A stretch of DNA of 64,000 nt from Patescibacteria group bacterium (GCA_038062175.1 JBBTXR010000001.1:9420-73419), one strand, 5' to 3'. Counted from the first letter of the stretch, positions 17,792-27,742 are shown. Notes: generated from the letters alone by a model not told the origin. Numbers and translations: made by a program.

Positions 17792-18718
17792 ATGCAGAAC
17801 GTAATTTCTAAGACGGGTTTTATTGCGATTGCCGCAGTTGCGGGTGCTTTTGCGGTGCTTGGCCTTGCCACACCAGCTGAGGCTCAGTTCACATCGCAGC
17901 CAACGCAGTGTGTCTTTACTCGGGACCTCTACCTCGGTGCCTTTGGTGAGGATGTACGCTGCCTCCAGCGCTACCTAAACGCCTCTGGTTATCCAGTCGC
18001 ATACAGTGGTGTTGGTTCGTACGGACGTGAGGGATACAACTATGGACCTCTCACTGCAGCAGCTGTCGCCCGCTGGCAGACTGCTACCGGTCAGCAGGCA
18101 TCTGGATACTTCCGCGTTGCTGCGCTTTCCGGAAACAGCTCCAATCCGTTCGTAAACACACCGATTGGTAACGATGACTGTAACTGTGATGGCGACAACG
18201 ATCGGGATCGTGACGATGCCCGTGAGGCGATCGATGACGCGGATGAGGCGATCGATGACGCTCGAGAAGAGATCGATGATGCGGATGATGCAAACAAGGA
18301 TGTCGATGAGGCCGAGGATCTTCTTGATGAGGCTCGCGACGATCTTCGTGATGCCCGCCGTGCATACAAGGAAGGCGACTATGACGATGCAGTAGACTTC
18401 GCAGAGGATGCGGAGGACAACGCCGAAGAGGCAGTCGATGAGATCGGCTCTACTGGTGGCAGCTCTGCAACCGAGGCGAACGCTCGTCGCGCGCTCGAGG
18501 ACGCCGATGACGCTATCGATGATGCTTGGGATGAGATCGATGAGGCCGAGGACGACGGTTATGACACCGATGACGCTGAGGATCTTCTCGACGAGGCAGA
18601 GGATGCCTATGACGACGCGAAGGATGCCTTTGATGACAAGAACTACGCAAAGGCTATTCGTGAAGCTGAGGACGCCGAAGAGCTCGCTGACGACGCAGTC
18701 GACGAGATCGAGGACTAA
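17792..18718 (+). CDS. Secreted protein: N-terminal PG_binding_1-like domain plus hyper-acidic tandem repeats
   Basis: Signal/TM segment (FIAIAAVAGAFAVLGLA). Peptidoglycan-binding-like motif (CLQRYLNASGYP...GPLTAAAVARWQ). The C-terminal half has two ~47-aa Asp/Glu/Ala-rich repeats (DEAEDLLDEARDDL... and DDAEDLLDEAEDAY...). Confidence 0.7.
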   Translation: MQNVISKTGFIAIAAVAGAFAVLGLATPAEAQFTSQPTQCVFTRDLYLGAFGEDVRCLQRYLNASGYPVAYSGVGSYGREGYNYGPLTAAAVARWQTATGQQASGYFRVAALSGNSSNPFVNTPIGNDDCNCDGDNDRDRDDAREAIDDADEAIDDAREEIDDADDANKDVDEAEDLLDEARDDLRDARRAYKEGDYDDAVDFAEDAEDNAEEAVDEIGSTGGSSATEANARRALEDADDAIDDAWDEIDEAEDDGYDTDDAEDLLDEAEDAYDDAKDAFDDKNYAKAIREAEDAEELADDAVDEIED

Positions 18719-18740
18719 GTCACTCACCACTCTCCTAATT

Positions 18741-18771
18741 GAAAACACCCGCTTCAGGCGGGTGTTTTCAT
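18741..18771 (+). terminator. Rho-independent terminator after the acidic repeat protein gene
   Basis: gaaaacacccgc-ttca-ggcgggtgttttc hairpin. Confidence 0.75.
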
Positions 18772-18791
18772 AGTGGTGCTATGCTTTTGGT

Positions 18792-19088
18792 ATGGAACAT
18801 TCGCCAAGATGGCATCGAGAAATTAAGAAGGCTCCTCAAGAGCAATTCAAAGTCGAGCCGATCGGTAGTCACTATGTGCAGCGAGCACTTATCCTCATGA
18901 TGGACCCCGCTGATCCTCACAGGGCTGCAGAACTTTGGACAAACGAGGATGTGGGAGGCGAATCACTTGCGAAGCGATACCGGGATTATGTTGAGTTGCC
19001 AGTGAATAAGGATCGAGTAGTTGATCTCTCTGATGAGGCAGGGGTGACCAGGCTCTTTCAGGAGATTACAGGCCCTACCGTCCATTAG
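18792..19088 (+). CDS. Hypothetical small protein
   Basis: 98-aa ORF between a terminator and rarA. No recognisable motif. Confidence 0.35.
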   Translation: MEHSPRWHREIKKAPQEQFKVEPIGSHYVQRALILMMDPADPHRAAELWTNEDVGGESLAKRYRDYVELPVNKDRVVDLSDEAGVTRLFQEITGPTVH

Positions 19089-19130
19089 TCTCTTCATTGA
19101 TTTTCATCCCCGCAAGCGTACGCTTCTAGT

Positions 19131-20279
19131 ATGGAGCCACTCGCTAATCGCATACGTCCCCAAACCATCGACGAGGTCGTGGGTCAGGAGCATTTGGTGG
19201 GGGAGGGTAAACCACTTCGAGTCGCCATGGAGAAGAAACACCGCTTCTCCTTCGTTCTGTGGGGACCACCCGGTACTGGTAAGACCACCATCGCTCGCAT
19301 CTATGCGAGAGCACTTGATGCTGAGCTGCATGAGCTATCGGCAGTATCAGCCGGCAAAGACGACATTAGGAAGATCGTTGGAGAAGGGAAGGGGCCGACC
19401 TTAGGTCTTCGACCCAAGGTGCTCTTCCTTGATGAGATACACCGTTTCAACAAGGCGCAGCAGGATTTCCTCCTACCATACGTTGAGAGTGGCGAACTCA
19501 CCCTTGTTGGCGCTACCACTGAGAATCCTTCCTTTGAGGTGATTCCGGCTCTTCTCTCACGTGCACGAGTATTTGTACTAGAACCTCTTTCAGAAGAGTC
19601 ACTTCGAGCAATCGTCGCACGAGCAAAGATAAAGCTTGGGAAGGATGCGTTTGAATGGCTCTTGGGTTACGCCAATGGGGACGCTCGTCGGGCGCTCACG
19701 CTCCTTGAGGGCGCCAAGACGCTCTATGGGAAGGTAACGGTGGAAGCACTTAATAAAGCGCTTGAGGACCCGCACCTACGCTATGACAAGAAGGGCGAGG
19801 AACACTACGACACCATCAGCGCTTTCATTAAAAGCATGCGGGCCAGTCAGCCTGACGCGGCTATCTACTACCTCGCTCGCATGGTTGAGGCGGGGGAGGA
19901 CCCGCTCTTCATCGCACGAAGAATGGTGATCTTTGCCTCTGAAGACATTGGACTGGCTCAGCCCACCGCACTGGTAGTTGCAAACTCAGTATTCAGGGCC
20001 TGTGAAGTAATTGGATACCCTGAGTGCGCTATTAATCTTGCGCATGGCGTTGCGTATCTTGCGAACGCCACAAAGGATCGCTCTGCCTATGACGCGCTTA
20101 TGGCAGCGCAGTCAGACGTGCGCAGGACCGGTAATCTGCCGATACCAAAGAAGATACGCAATGCTCCCACCAAGCTCATGAAAGACCTTGGATACCACAA
20201 GGGATACAAGAAATATGATGAGGAGAGCTATCTGCCGGAGAAGCTGAAGGATAAGAAATACTTCCCTGAGAATAAGTAA
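19131..20279 (+). CDS. rarA: Replication-associated recombination protein A (AAA+ ATPase RarA/MgsA)
   Basis: Walker A (LWGPPGTGKTT), Walker B (LFLDEIHRF) and a C-terminal MgsA helical domain (YYLARMVEAGEDPLFIARRM). Confidence 0.9.
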   Translation: MEPLANRIRPQTIDEVVGQEHLVGEGKPLRVAMEKKHRFSFVLWGPPGTGKTTIARIYARALDAELHELSAVSAGKDDIRKIVGEGKGPTLGLRPKVLFLDEIHRFNKAQQDFLLPYVESGELTLVGATTENPSFEVIPALLSRARVFVLEPLSEESLRAIVARAKIKLGKDAFEWLLGYANGDARRALTLLEGAKTLYGKVTVEALNKALEDPHLRYDKKGEEHYDTISAFIKSMRASQPDAAIYYLARMVEAGEDPLFIARRMVIFASEDIGLAQPTALVVANSVFRACEVIGYPECAINLAHGVAYLANATKDRSAYDALMAAQSDVRRTGNLPIPKKIRNAPTKLMKDLGYHKGYKKYDEESYLPEKLKDKKYFPENK

Positions 20280-20280
20280 A

Positions 20281-20304
20281 AGCCCTGGTTTCCCAGGGCT
20301 TTTA
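20281..20304. terminator. Bidirectional terminator between rarA and hup
   Basis: agccctgg-tttc-ccagggct hairpin with T tracts on both strands. Confidence 0.65.
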
Positions 20305-20321
20305 CTTATTAAACCAATGAT

Positions 20322-20594
20322 TTACTTAACTGCGTCCTTGAGCGCCTTTGCTGCGCGGAACTTTGGAGTGCGGGTTGCAGCAATCTTGATGGTCTCGCCA
20401 GTGCGAGGGTTGCGGCCAGTGCGAGCTGGGCGAGCCTTTGCGCTGAAGATACCAAGACCTGCGATCGAAACCTCGTCGCCTGACTTAAGGCCGCCGGTGA
20501 TGGATTCGATAACAGTCTCGACTGCGCGTTCTGCGTCAGCCTTGGTGCTGCCGAGGGTTTCCTGCACCTTAGCTGCGATATCTGCTTTGTTCAT
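20322..20594 (-). CDS. hup: DNA-binding protein HU
   Basis: 90-aa ORF with HU/IHF signature (GFGTF-like arm: LGIFSAKARPARTGRNPRTGETI). Confidence 0.9.
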   Translation of the reverse strand: MNKADIAAKVQETLGSTKADAERAVETVIESITGGLKSGDEVSIAGLGIFSAKARPARTGRNPRTGETIKIAATRTPKFRAAKALKDAVK

Positions 20595-20763
20595 TGTTAT
20601 GTAATTAGGGGTAATCCCTTGTAGGGCTTAGGTAAGCCCTACCGAGAGGGCTACGGTGAAAAGTATAGGAAATGAGCCATTTTACGCAATAGGCTAGGAT
20701 TTTGGCCGTGGATAGCGAAAAGTCGCCAATTAGGCGACTTTTCAAAGCACACGTCAATCCGTG

Positions 20764-22293
20764 CTATCTGGCAAACTCCACCACGCGGTTCTCACGAATC
20801 ACATTCACCTTAATTTCTCCCGGATATTTAAGCTCTGCCTGCACGCGTTCAGCAATTTGACGAGCAAGTTTGTGCATCTGGAGGTCAGAAACCTTACCTG
20901 GATTCACAAAGATACGTATCTCGCGTCCAGCGGAGATGGCGTACACCTTCTCAACGCCCTCAAAGCCCTTAGCAATGCGCTCAAGGTCTCCCAGTCGCTC
21001 AAGATATCGCTCAACCGTGTCACGGCGCGCACCCGGGCGTCCTGCGGAGATCGCGTCTGCCACCTGCACGATGATTGATTCAGGTGTTTCATACGGATAT
21101 TCCTCATGATGCGACTGCATCGCCTGAATGATTTCCTTCTTCACCCCGAACTTCTCAAGGATTCTGCGGCCAATTTCCACATGTGTGCCCTGCACCTCAT
21201 GATCAACGGCCTTACCAATGTCATGCAGAAGCGCTCCGGCTCTCGCGGTGTCCGCGTCCGCACCAAGCTGCTCAGCGAGCATGCCGGCGATATGTGCCAT
21301 CTCAATTGAGTGCTGGAGCACATTCTGTCCATAGCTCGTACGGAAGTGGAGGCGGCCGAGAAGGGTGATCAGCTTTGGATCAAGTCCTACCACGCCTACC
21401 TCATACGCTGCCTCCTCACCTTTTTGCTTTACCGTCTCCTGCACCTGCTGCTTAGCTTTCTCAACGGTTTCCTCAATCTTTGCAGGCTGTATACGACCGT
21501 CTTCAAGCAGGCTTTCAAGCGCAATCTTTGCGATATGGCGCCGAAGCGGATCGAAAGACGAGAGCGAGATCTTGTCAGGAGCATCGTCGATGATCACATC
21601 AACACCCGTTGCGCGTTCAAACGCCTTGATATTCCTGCCTTCTTTTCCGATGATCTTGCCCTTCGCCTCTTCAGAAGGGAGGGTGACAGAAAGCGTCATG
21701 ATGTCAGCGTTTACCGCTGAGCCAAGGCGGTGAATGGTCGAAAGGAGAATGCCACGAGCCTTTTCTTCAAGCTGCTTGCGACCATGTGCCTCAAGCTTTT
21801 GAATGCGCGCGAGAAGCGCCTCGGTCTCAGTCTCTTCAAGATCCTTCATGAGCATAGTGCGCGCTTCTTCTTCAGACAGGCGTCCCATACGCACCAGATC
21901 AAGCCTTCGCTGCTGCAGAAGCTTTTCCGCCTCACGCTTTATATTTGCAGCCTCATTCTCACGATTACGCACGTCCTCGCTTTCAGTTGAGAGTGTACGC
22001 TCGCGCTCATCAAGAAACTCTTCACGCTTAGCAAGACGCTCAGCTGCCTTTGAAAGTGCTAGTTCACGCTCCTTAAGAGGTTCCTGCTTCTGACTCTCGA
22101 GTTTCTCTGCGCGCTCTTCCGCTTCGCTAATGATGCGACTAGCGCGCTCTTTAGCCTCAAGAAGCTTTTGCTTTACCTCAAGCTCAAGAGAGCCGCGTTG
22201 GCCAAGCGCAATCAAAAGCCTGAGCACATACCCAAGCGCGATACCTGCAAGGCCTGAGAAGGCCAGGAGGCTCAGTATTAGTTTTATGGACAT
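20764..22293 (-). CDS. rny: Ribonuclease Y
   Basis: N-terminal TM, coiled-coil, KH domain (IIGKEGRNIKAFE) and HD domain (HSIEMAHIAGMLA...HDIGK). Confidence 0.9.
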   Translation of the reverse strand: MSIKLILSLLAFSGLAGIALGYVLRLLIALGQRGSLELEVKQKLLEAKERASRIISEAEERAEKLESQKQEPLKERELALSKAAERLAKREEFLDERERTLSTESEDVRNRENEAANIKREAEKLLQQRRLDLVRMGRLSEEEARTMLMKDLEETETEALLARIQKLEAHGRKQLEEKARGILLSTIHRLGSAVNADIMTLSVTLPSEEAKGKIIGKEGRNIKAFERATGVDVIIDDAPDKISLSSFDPLRRHIAKIALESLLEDGRIQPAKIEETVEKAKQQVQETVKQKGEEAAYEVGVVGLDPKLITLLGRLHFRTSYGQNVLQHSIEMAHIAGMLAEQLGADADTARAGALLHDIGKAVDHEVQGTHVEIGRRILEKFGVKKEIIQAMQSHHEEYPYETPESIIVQVADAISAGRPGARRDTVERYLERLGDLERIAKGFEGVEKVYAISAGREIRIFVNPGKVSDLQMHKLARQIAERVQAELKYPGEIKVNVIRENRVVEFAR

Positions 22294-22483
22294 ACCAGTA
22301 GGGCCGGATCACCTCTAAGGATGAAACGGATTAATGCAATGTAAGGTTAGCCGGAAATTCAGTCGGATAATCGTTTCGGTCGCGGCTTGCGGCAACGATA
22401 CACCTATTAGAAAGGGGGCGCAAAAAGTAGACGTAAGGGGATATTGGCGGTATATCTTCTTCAGAAGTGAGGGGAGTACGTTC

Positions 22484-22915
22484 ATGCCGAAGCGTAACAA
22501 GTATGACTGGGACTGGACCTCCACGCGGGTAGAGTTCCTAGCTGCGCGCATCGAGGAGAATCTGAGCTGCGGCGAGATCGCAAGGAAATTCAACAGCGAG
22601 TATGCCGAAGAATGCCCCGATCTTGCACTCGATAAGAACTTCATTCTGAAGTCGGTGAAGAGCAGGACAGTGCAAGCCTTACTCGTCGAGCTCTATGGCA
22701 AAGAGAGAAGGGACGAGCTTGTTGCGCAAGTATGCCAACCACGACTCACGGGGCGCCCTCGGCGCGAAGGTCCGCCACCACCTAAGAAACGTGGTCCGCC
22801 AAAGACGCCGCGTACTGTGCATCGGGCACCTGCTCAGTCTCCCCGTCCTGGACGGTTAGTGACTATGGCAGACGTTCTGGCCTTTCGGGAGAAAAACAAA
22901 ACCCCCGCGCAGTGA
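22484..22915 (+). CDS. Hypothetical protein with a basic/proline-rich C-terminus
   Basis: ORF-track entry is 22334-22915, but the internal Met at 22484 (MPKRNKYDW) is the more likely start. No recognisable domain. Confidence 0.35.
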   Translation: MPKRNKYDWDWTSTRVEFLAARIEENLSCGEIARKFNSEYAEECPDLALDKNFILKSVKSRTVQALLVELYGKERRDELVAQVCQPRLTGRPRREGPPPPKKRGPPKTPRTVHRAPAQSPRPGRLVTMADVLAFREKNKTPAQ

Positions 22916-22932
22916 TGCGCGGGGCCTTGTTT
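22899..22932. terminator. Bidirectional terminator between the hypothetical gene and clpP
   Basis: cccgcgc-agtgat-gcgcggg 8-bp GC stem flanked by A and T tracts. Confidence 0.6.
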
Positions 22933-22937
22933 ACTAC

Positions 22938-23534
22938 TTATTTCTTATACACCTGATCGATGATGCCGTACTTCTTCGCGTCATCCGCCATCATGAAGTA
23001 GTCACGCTCAACGTCCTTCTCGATCTTTTCAAGTGGCTGACCGGTATTCTTCGAGAGAATCTTATTCAACCGATCGCGTGTCGCAAGGATGTGCTTTGCG
23101 GTGATTTCAATATCGGTTGCCTGTCCCTGCGCACCGCCCCATGGCTGATGGATCATGACCTCTGCGTTTGGGAGTGCGTAGCGCTTGCCCTTTTCTCCTG
23201 CTGAGAGAATCACCGCTGCAGCTGACGCTGCCATACCCACACAGACGGTCGAGACCGCTGGCTTCACATGGTTCATGGTGTCGAGGATCGCAAGACCTGC
23301 GGTTACTGAGCCACCAGGAGAATTAACGTAGAGGGATATGTCCTTCTTTGGGTCCTCTGCCTCAAGGAAGAGAAGCTGCGCGATGATGAGGTTCGCCACG
23401 TCATCATCGATACCACCGCCAAGGAACACGATGCGGTCTTTGAGGAGACGGGAATAGATGTCATAGCCGCGCTCACCGAACTGCGACTTTTCGACGACCA
23501 TCGGTACGAGCATAGATGATTTAGGCTTATTCAT
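22938..23534 (-). CDS. clpP: ATP-dependent Clp protease proteolytic subunit
   Basis: ClpP motifs ([20 protein letters not shown], catalytic Ser/His region MIHQP). Start chosen at MNKPKSS. Confidence 0.9.
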   Translation of the reverse strand: MNKPKSSMLVPMVVEKSQFGERGYDIYSRLLKDRIVFLGGGIDDDVANLIIAQLLFLEAEDPKKDISLYVNSPGGSVTAGLAILDTMNHVKPAVSTVCVGMAASAAAVILSAGEKGKRYALPNAEVMIHQPWGGAQGQATDIEITAKHILATRDRLNKILSKNTGQPLEKIEKDVERDYFMMADDAKKYGIIDQVYKK

Positions 23535-23573
23535 AGTGTGCGCATAGTAGCAAAAACACCGCACCCGCGCACG

Positions 23574-23831
23574 CTATTCAGCGGTTACTTCAGGTGTTGC
23601 TGTCTGTGTCGCAAGGCGCTCGCCCCAACTATAGAAGGCAGCGGTGACGATGAGACCAACGATGAGAATGATGCCGATGACTCCACCCCAGCCACCCTTG
23701 GCTGCAGGCACTGCTTCAGGAGTCTCTACGATAGGTGCAGCGGCCATGACTGGTGGAATCACTGGTACTGTCTCTGCGACAGGCACCACCTCCTTTTCGC
23801 GCATAAACGGTATTGGCGAATCACTATCCAT
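23574..23831 (-). CDS. Small membrane protein, hypothetical
   Basis: 85-aa ORF with a proline/valine-rich N-terminus and one C-terminal TM helix (VIGIILIVGLIVTAAFY). Confidence 0.4.
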   Translation of the reverse strand: MDSDSPIPFMREKEVVPVAETVPVIPPVMAAAPIVETPEAVPAAKGGWGGVIGIILIVGLIVTAAFYSWGERLATQTATPEVTAE

Positions 23832-23869
23832 ACCAGGAGTATACGGCTAAGCGAAGCGATATGCGAAAG

Positions 23870-23906
23870 ATGGGGAAAAGAAACAGCCCGCGCAGGCGGG
23901 CTGTTT
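23870..23906 (-). terminator. Rho-independent terminator downstream of ppa
   Basis: aaacagcccgc-gca-ggcgggctgttt hairpin with a U tract on the minus strand. Confidence 0.7.
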
Positions 23907-23924
23907 CTTACAGGAAGTAGTGGG

Positions 23925-24443
23925 TTACTTCTTCTCTGCGTACATCTGGCAGGCGCGGGTAAAGGCTGCCTGTGCCTCCGCCTTACCCTTGAAGCCGTGA
24001 ACGGTAACCTCCTTGTTCTGGAGTTTCTTGTAGGTTGAGTAGAAGTGTTCCATCTCCTTGAGCCAGTGCTTGTTGAGGTCGGAAAGATCCTTAACGTCAT
24101 CAAAGCGCGGGTCATCAACGGGAACGGCGATGATCTTCGCGTCAGAGTCACCACTATCGGTCATATCCATGATCGCAACAGGACGAGCGCGGACCAAGAT
24201 ACCCGGTAGAAGGGGGTAGGTAGTCAGAAGCGCCACATCAAGCGCGTCACCGTCGTCCCAGAGTGTCTGCGGCACGAAGCCGTAGTCAAACGGGAAGTCC
24301 TGGGCAGTATGCGCCACTCGGTCGAGTGCGATGATGCCGGTCTCCTTATCAATCTCGTACTTATTCTTTGAGCCCTTGTTGATCTCGACGATGACGTTCA
24401 TCTGATCAATGCTGCCTGCTGGAATATCGTGAAGAAGATTCAT
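23925..24443 (-). CDS. ppa: Inorganic pyrophosphatase (family I)
   Basis: 172-aa ORF with the PPase metal-binding pattern (EINKGSKNKYEIDKETG...DGDALDV). Confidence 0.9.
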   Translation of the reverse strand: MNLLHDIPAGSIDQMNVIVEINKGSKNKYEIDKETGIIALDRVAHTAQDFPFDYGFVPQTLWDDGDALDVALLTTYPLLPGILVRARPVAIMDMTDSGDSDAKIIAVPVDDPRFDDVKDLSDLNKHWLKEMEHFYSTYKKLQNKEVTVHGFKGKAEAQAAFTRACQMYAEKK

Positions 24444-24445
24444 GG

Positions 24446-25912
24446 TTAGGCTTGGTTATCGCTCTGGCTCTCTGTCGTGACGTCACGGTCCTCAGGGTTC
24501 ACCGGAGTACCGTCGTCTGAGATAGCTGTTTCGTCCTCAACGGTGAGTGCGCCTGACTCGTCAGTAGCATCCTCTTCTGAGGTGATAACGGAGTCGCTTT
24601 CGTTTGGTGCAATGCCTGCTTCAATTGAAGGACTGTCAGCTGCACCTGCCTCCTCAGCTTCAATCTGAGCTTCGGCAGCAATCGTTGAGTCATGTGCCTT
24701 CTGCTTGTCGAAGGAGATCTCATCGCTTGCAGCGCCACCAACGGAGCCACCGCCGGTCGATTCGATATCGATGTTCCAGCCGGTGAGCTTTGCGGCAAGG
24801 CGTACGTTCTGGCCGCCGCGGCCAATTGCGAGCGACTGCTGATCTTCCGACACGGTCACCTTTGCCCGGTGATTTGCCTCATCAAGTGCCACCTCAACAA
24901 CGGTTGCGGGAGAAAGCGACTCTTTAATGAATGCTGACTGGTCTTCAGACCACTCGATGATGTCGATGCGCTCGCCACCAAGCTCGCTCATTACGGTCGA
25001 GACACGGACACCGCGCTGACCAACGAGGGAACCAACCGGATCTACATGCGGATCAACGGATGCAATTGCAATCTTGGTGCGGCTTCCAGGCTCACGAGCT
25101 ACACCCTTCACTTCAATGGATCCAGAAGCAAGCTCCGGTGCCTCCATCTCAAAGAGACGGATCAAGAAACGAGGATGACTACGGGAAAGGCGAAGGTATA
25201 CGCCACGGAACCCTTCGTCTACCGCGTAGAGGTAGGCACGAAGACGTTCGCCAGTGCGGTATCGCTCTCCGGGGATCTGCTCCTCGTAGGGGATGATGCC
25301 GGTTGCGCGACCAAGGTCGACAAAGATCGCACCACGCTCAATGCGCTGCACGATACCCGAGACAATCTCACCCTTCTTGTGGGCGAACTCATCGAGGATA
25401 GAGAGCTTCTCGGCCTCACGAATCTTTTGGATGACGACCTGCTTTGCAGTTTGTGCAGCAATGCGGCCGAAGTCGTCCTGCGGCTCAAGAGGGAAGATGA
25501 TCTCTTCACCAAGGGCGGCGTTACGCTTAATGCGTGCCGCATCCTCAAGAAGGATGTGCTTCTCCGCGTCGTAGCGAGGGAGTTCTCCCTCAGCAACCTC
25601 CTCCTCACGGTCATGGTGCGGGTGGTGGGCAGGGAGCTCTTCGATTTCCTCGTCTTCGTCAGGGAAACGCACCATGGTGTCGTCCACCACAGTCTTTACC
25701 TGCTCGAAGATGACGGTACCCGTATTCATGTCGAGCTTGCCGCGAACCACCTGGCCGCGCTTTCCGTATTCCTTCTTATAGGCGGTCGCCATCGCGCTTT
25801 CGATAGCGTCGATCATGGTTTCCTTGGTGATGCCCCGCTCCTCGAATTCAGTGAGCACTGAGTTGATTGTCTTCAAGTCCAACATAGTTCCGATATTTAA
25901 TTGTGTATTCAA
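24446..25912 (-). CDS. nusA: Transcription termination/antitermination factor NusA with an acidic C-terminal extension
   Basis: NusA N-terminal domain, S1 and two KH domains (VDPVGSLVGQRGVRV, GRGGQNVRLAAKLTGW), then an acidic tail. Confidence 0.85.
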   Translation of the reverse strand: MNTQLNIGTMLDLKTINSVLTEFEERGITKETMIDAIESAMATAYKKEYGKRGQVVRGKLDMNTGTVIFEQVKTVVDDTMVRFPDEDEEIEELPAHHPHHDREEEVAEGELPRYDAEKHILLEDAARIKRNAALGEEIIFPLEPQDDFGRIAAQTAKQVVIQKIREAEKLSILDEFAHKKGEIVSGIVQRIERGAIFVDLGRATGIIPYEEQIPGERYRTGERLRAYLYAVDEGFRGVYLRLSRSHPRFLIRLFEMEAPELASGSIEVKGVAREPGSRTKIAIASVDPHVDPVGSLVGQRGVRVSTVMSELGGERIDIIEWSEDQSAFIKESLSPATVVEVALDEANHRAKVTVSEDQQSLAIGRGGQNVRLAAKLTGWNIDIESTGGGSVGGAASDEISFDKQKAHDSTIAAEAQIEAEEAGAADSPSIEAGIAPNESDSVITSEEDATDESGALTVEDETAISDDGTPVNPEDRDVTTESQSDNQA

Positions 25913-26135
25913 TTGTCCGCCCTTTAAAAAGAAAGGTCCGCGGGTGCGGACATTTCAGATGCTAGGAACATACCATATATAGGTAGGGGTGGTCAATGCA
26001 ACCAAACAGGCGTATTTGACAGTTATATCCCTCAGGTGTGTAATAGAGAAAATCGACTTTCGCTTGGGATGACCACGAAAGCACCGTTCTTTCGCATCGT
26101 CTCAATAACCCATGGTCAGACACGGAGAGATTGCC

Positions 26136-26270
26136 ATGACCCAAGATACTGCCTCGGACACCAAGGAGTACCCTTTCACCTGGCAGGCCGTCATCGCCGT
26201 GATCGCCCTCCTCATTCTGGTGGGTGTCGCTGCGCTCTTCATGTTCGGTTCGCCGGACATGAGCCGCTGA
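26136..26270 (+). CDS. Putative 44-aa single-TM peptide
   Basis: ATG preceded by GGAGAG. Hydrophobic core (AVIAVIALLILVGVAALFMF). Immediately followed by a strong terminator. Too short to appear in the ORF track. Confidence 0.35.
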   Translation: MTQDTASDTKEYPFTWQAVIAVIALLILVGVAALFMFGSPDMSR

Positions 26271-26295
26271 GGCCCTCTGAAGGAGACATGAGACG

Positions 26296-26333
26296 AAACG
26301 CCCCTGCATCTACTACAGGGGCGTTTTCTGTTG
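26296..26333 (+). terminator. Rho-independent terminator
   Basis: acgcccctg-(9-nt loop)-caggggcgt followed by ttttctgttg. Confidence 0.7.
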
Positions 26334-26389
26334 CATAATCAATAAATTACGTATACTATAAGCTCAGGTGTCAACCAGGAGAGTGTTAT

Positions 26390-26983
26390 ATGAGCGTCAG
26401 TCAGCAGCGAGACGATCAGCCGCCCGGCAAGCGGGTGCTTGCCAAACAAGCTACGAAAACAAGGATACGCACAGTAGCAAGGAAGCTGTTTACGGAGCGG
26501 GGGTACGGAGGTGCGGCGATCAGCCGCATTGCTGGTGCGGCCGGTATCTCTACCAAGACAGTTTCCTCAAACTTCTTCGATAAAGAGGATCTCCTCTTTG
26601 CGGTGATCGGGAAGGAGCACGAGGCATATCACGCCGCCTTCCGAAAAGGTGGTCGCGCTGCTCCTCTTCACGAGAAGATCGTGAACGCGCTCGCCATCGA
26701 TTACGAGCCTCGTCGTCGCTCGCTCGTGGTTGCCGAGATGGAGCACTCCTGGGCGTCGAAGGAGAGCGGTCACTGTGTCCGTATGAATTGTCTTCGGGAT
26801 CTCCTGAAGACTGAGGCGTTTCGGCGATCGAAGCCGTCTGTGTTCGATGCCTTCTTTCTGATGGTCTGGGGCGCGCATGTGGAGCTCTGTCGTCCCGACG
26901 GATTCGGACGCAAGATGTCCGAGGCAGGTCGACGGGCACACGTCGAGCGCGTGGTGAAAATCGCTCTCGCCGCGATCGAGTAG
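26390..26983 (+). CDS. TetR-family transcriptional regulator
   Basis: N-terminal TetR HTH (TRIRTVARKLFTERGYGGAAISRIAGAAGISTKTVSSNF). Confidence 0.85.
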   Translation: MSVSQQRDDQPPGKRVLAKQATKTRIRTVARKLFTERGYGGAAISRIAGAAGISTKTVSSNFFDKEDLLFAVIGKEHEAYHAAFRKGGRAAPLHEKIVNALAIDYEPRRRSLVVAEMEHSWASKESGHCVRMNCLRDLLKTEAFRRSKPSVFDAFFLMVWGAHVELCRPDGFGRKMSEAGRRAHVERVVKIALAAIE

Positions 26984-27138
26984 CACGAACGCTACTCAAG
27001 TACCTTAATTCTATACAACGCCGCGCGGGTAACTGCGCGGTGTTTTATTTTCCTCGGCATCTCCACAATGACGTATTGATCTTCCTGTTGCGCCCTGTCC
27101 CATACGCACGTAAGGTGGGGGCGGACAAGGAGGTTCCC

Positions 27139-27636
27139 ATGATCCACGATCTAACTCGTCCACCTACGGATGAGGAGCTGGCAGAGATACTCGACAGCTC
27201 TGACTATCGCAGATGGAAGATCACTGAGTACGAGCACTGGGCGCTCTATCTCAACCCAAGCGATCAGACGCTGCTCGGACGGTCATATGCCTGGCTTTCA
27301 AAGCGTCACGTCGATCGGATGAGTATGAGTGAGCTTATGTCTGACGAGCTCGGTGAGCTTGTCTATGCAGTGCTCAGAGACTACGAGCAGGCGGTTAAGC
27401 GCTGCTGGCCTGGCGTAACGACCGTCAATGCGGAATGGCTTGGCAACACCACCACGCATCATCGTGGGCATGGTCACCTGCATCTTATTCCGAGATATAG
27501 GGGTAAGGTCGACTTTGCGGGTGTGAAGTTCATCGATCCCGATCACGAGAAGCGTCGCACCTCGGCACGAATCGAGGTGTCAGACGATGTGCTTGAGCAA
27601 ATTCGTTTCTCACTCAAGAGTGCACTCGGCCGGTGA
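27139..27636 (+). CDS. HIT-family (histidine triad) protein
   Basis: HxHxHxx motif (HGHLHLIPR). Perfect SD (AAGGAGG) 6 nt upstream of the ATG at 27139; the ORF-track start at 27040 lacks an SD. Confidence 0.7.
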   Translation: MIHDLTRPPTDEELAEILDSSDYRRWKITEYEHWALYLNPSDQTLLGRSYAWLSKRHVDRMSMSELMSDELGELVYAVLRDYEQAVKRCWPGVTTVNAEWLGNTTTHHRGHGHLHLIPRYRGKVDFAGVKFIDPDHEKRRTSARIEVSDDVLEQIRFSLKSALGR

Positions 27637-27742
27637 CTATGCTGCAAGGCGCCGCGATCAACATCGCGGTGCTTTTGTTTTCCCCTCACACACGTATTCA
27701 TATATAGGTACATACACGCAACAAGCTATACTCTTACTAGCT

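Noticed and set aside
17975-18773. Several long ORFs on the minus strand and in alternative plus-strand frames (257 aa, 93 aa, 92 aa, 76 aa, 121 aa) overlapping the acidic repeat protein gene
   Set aside because: They are artefacts of the GA(T/C)GA(T/C)-rich repetitive DNA encoding the Asp/Glu/Ala repeats. Their translations are low-complexity (His/Arg/Pro or Ser/Arg runs) and they lack SD sequences. The plus-strand acidic protein has a signal peptide, a domain and a terminator.
27040-27138. Longer start for the HIT-family gene (27040)
   Set aside because: There is no SD at 27040, whereas AAGGAGG lies 6 nt before the ATG at 27139.
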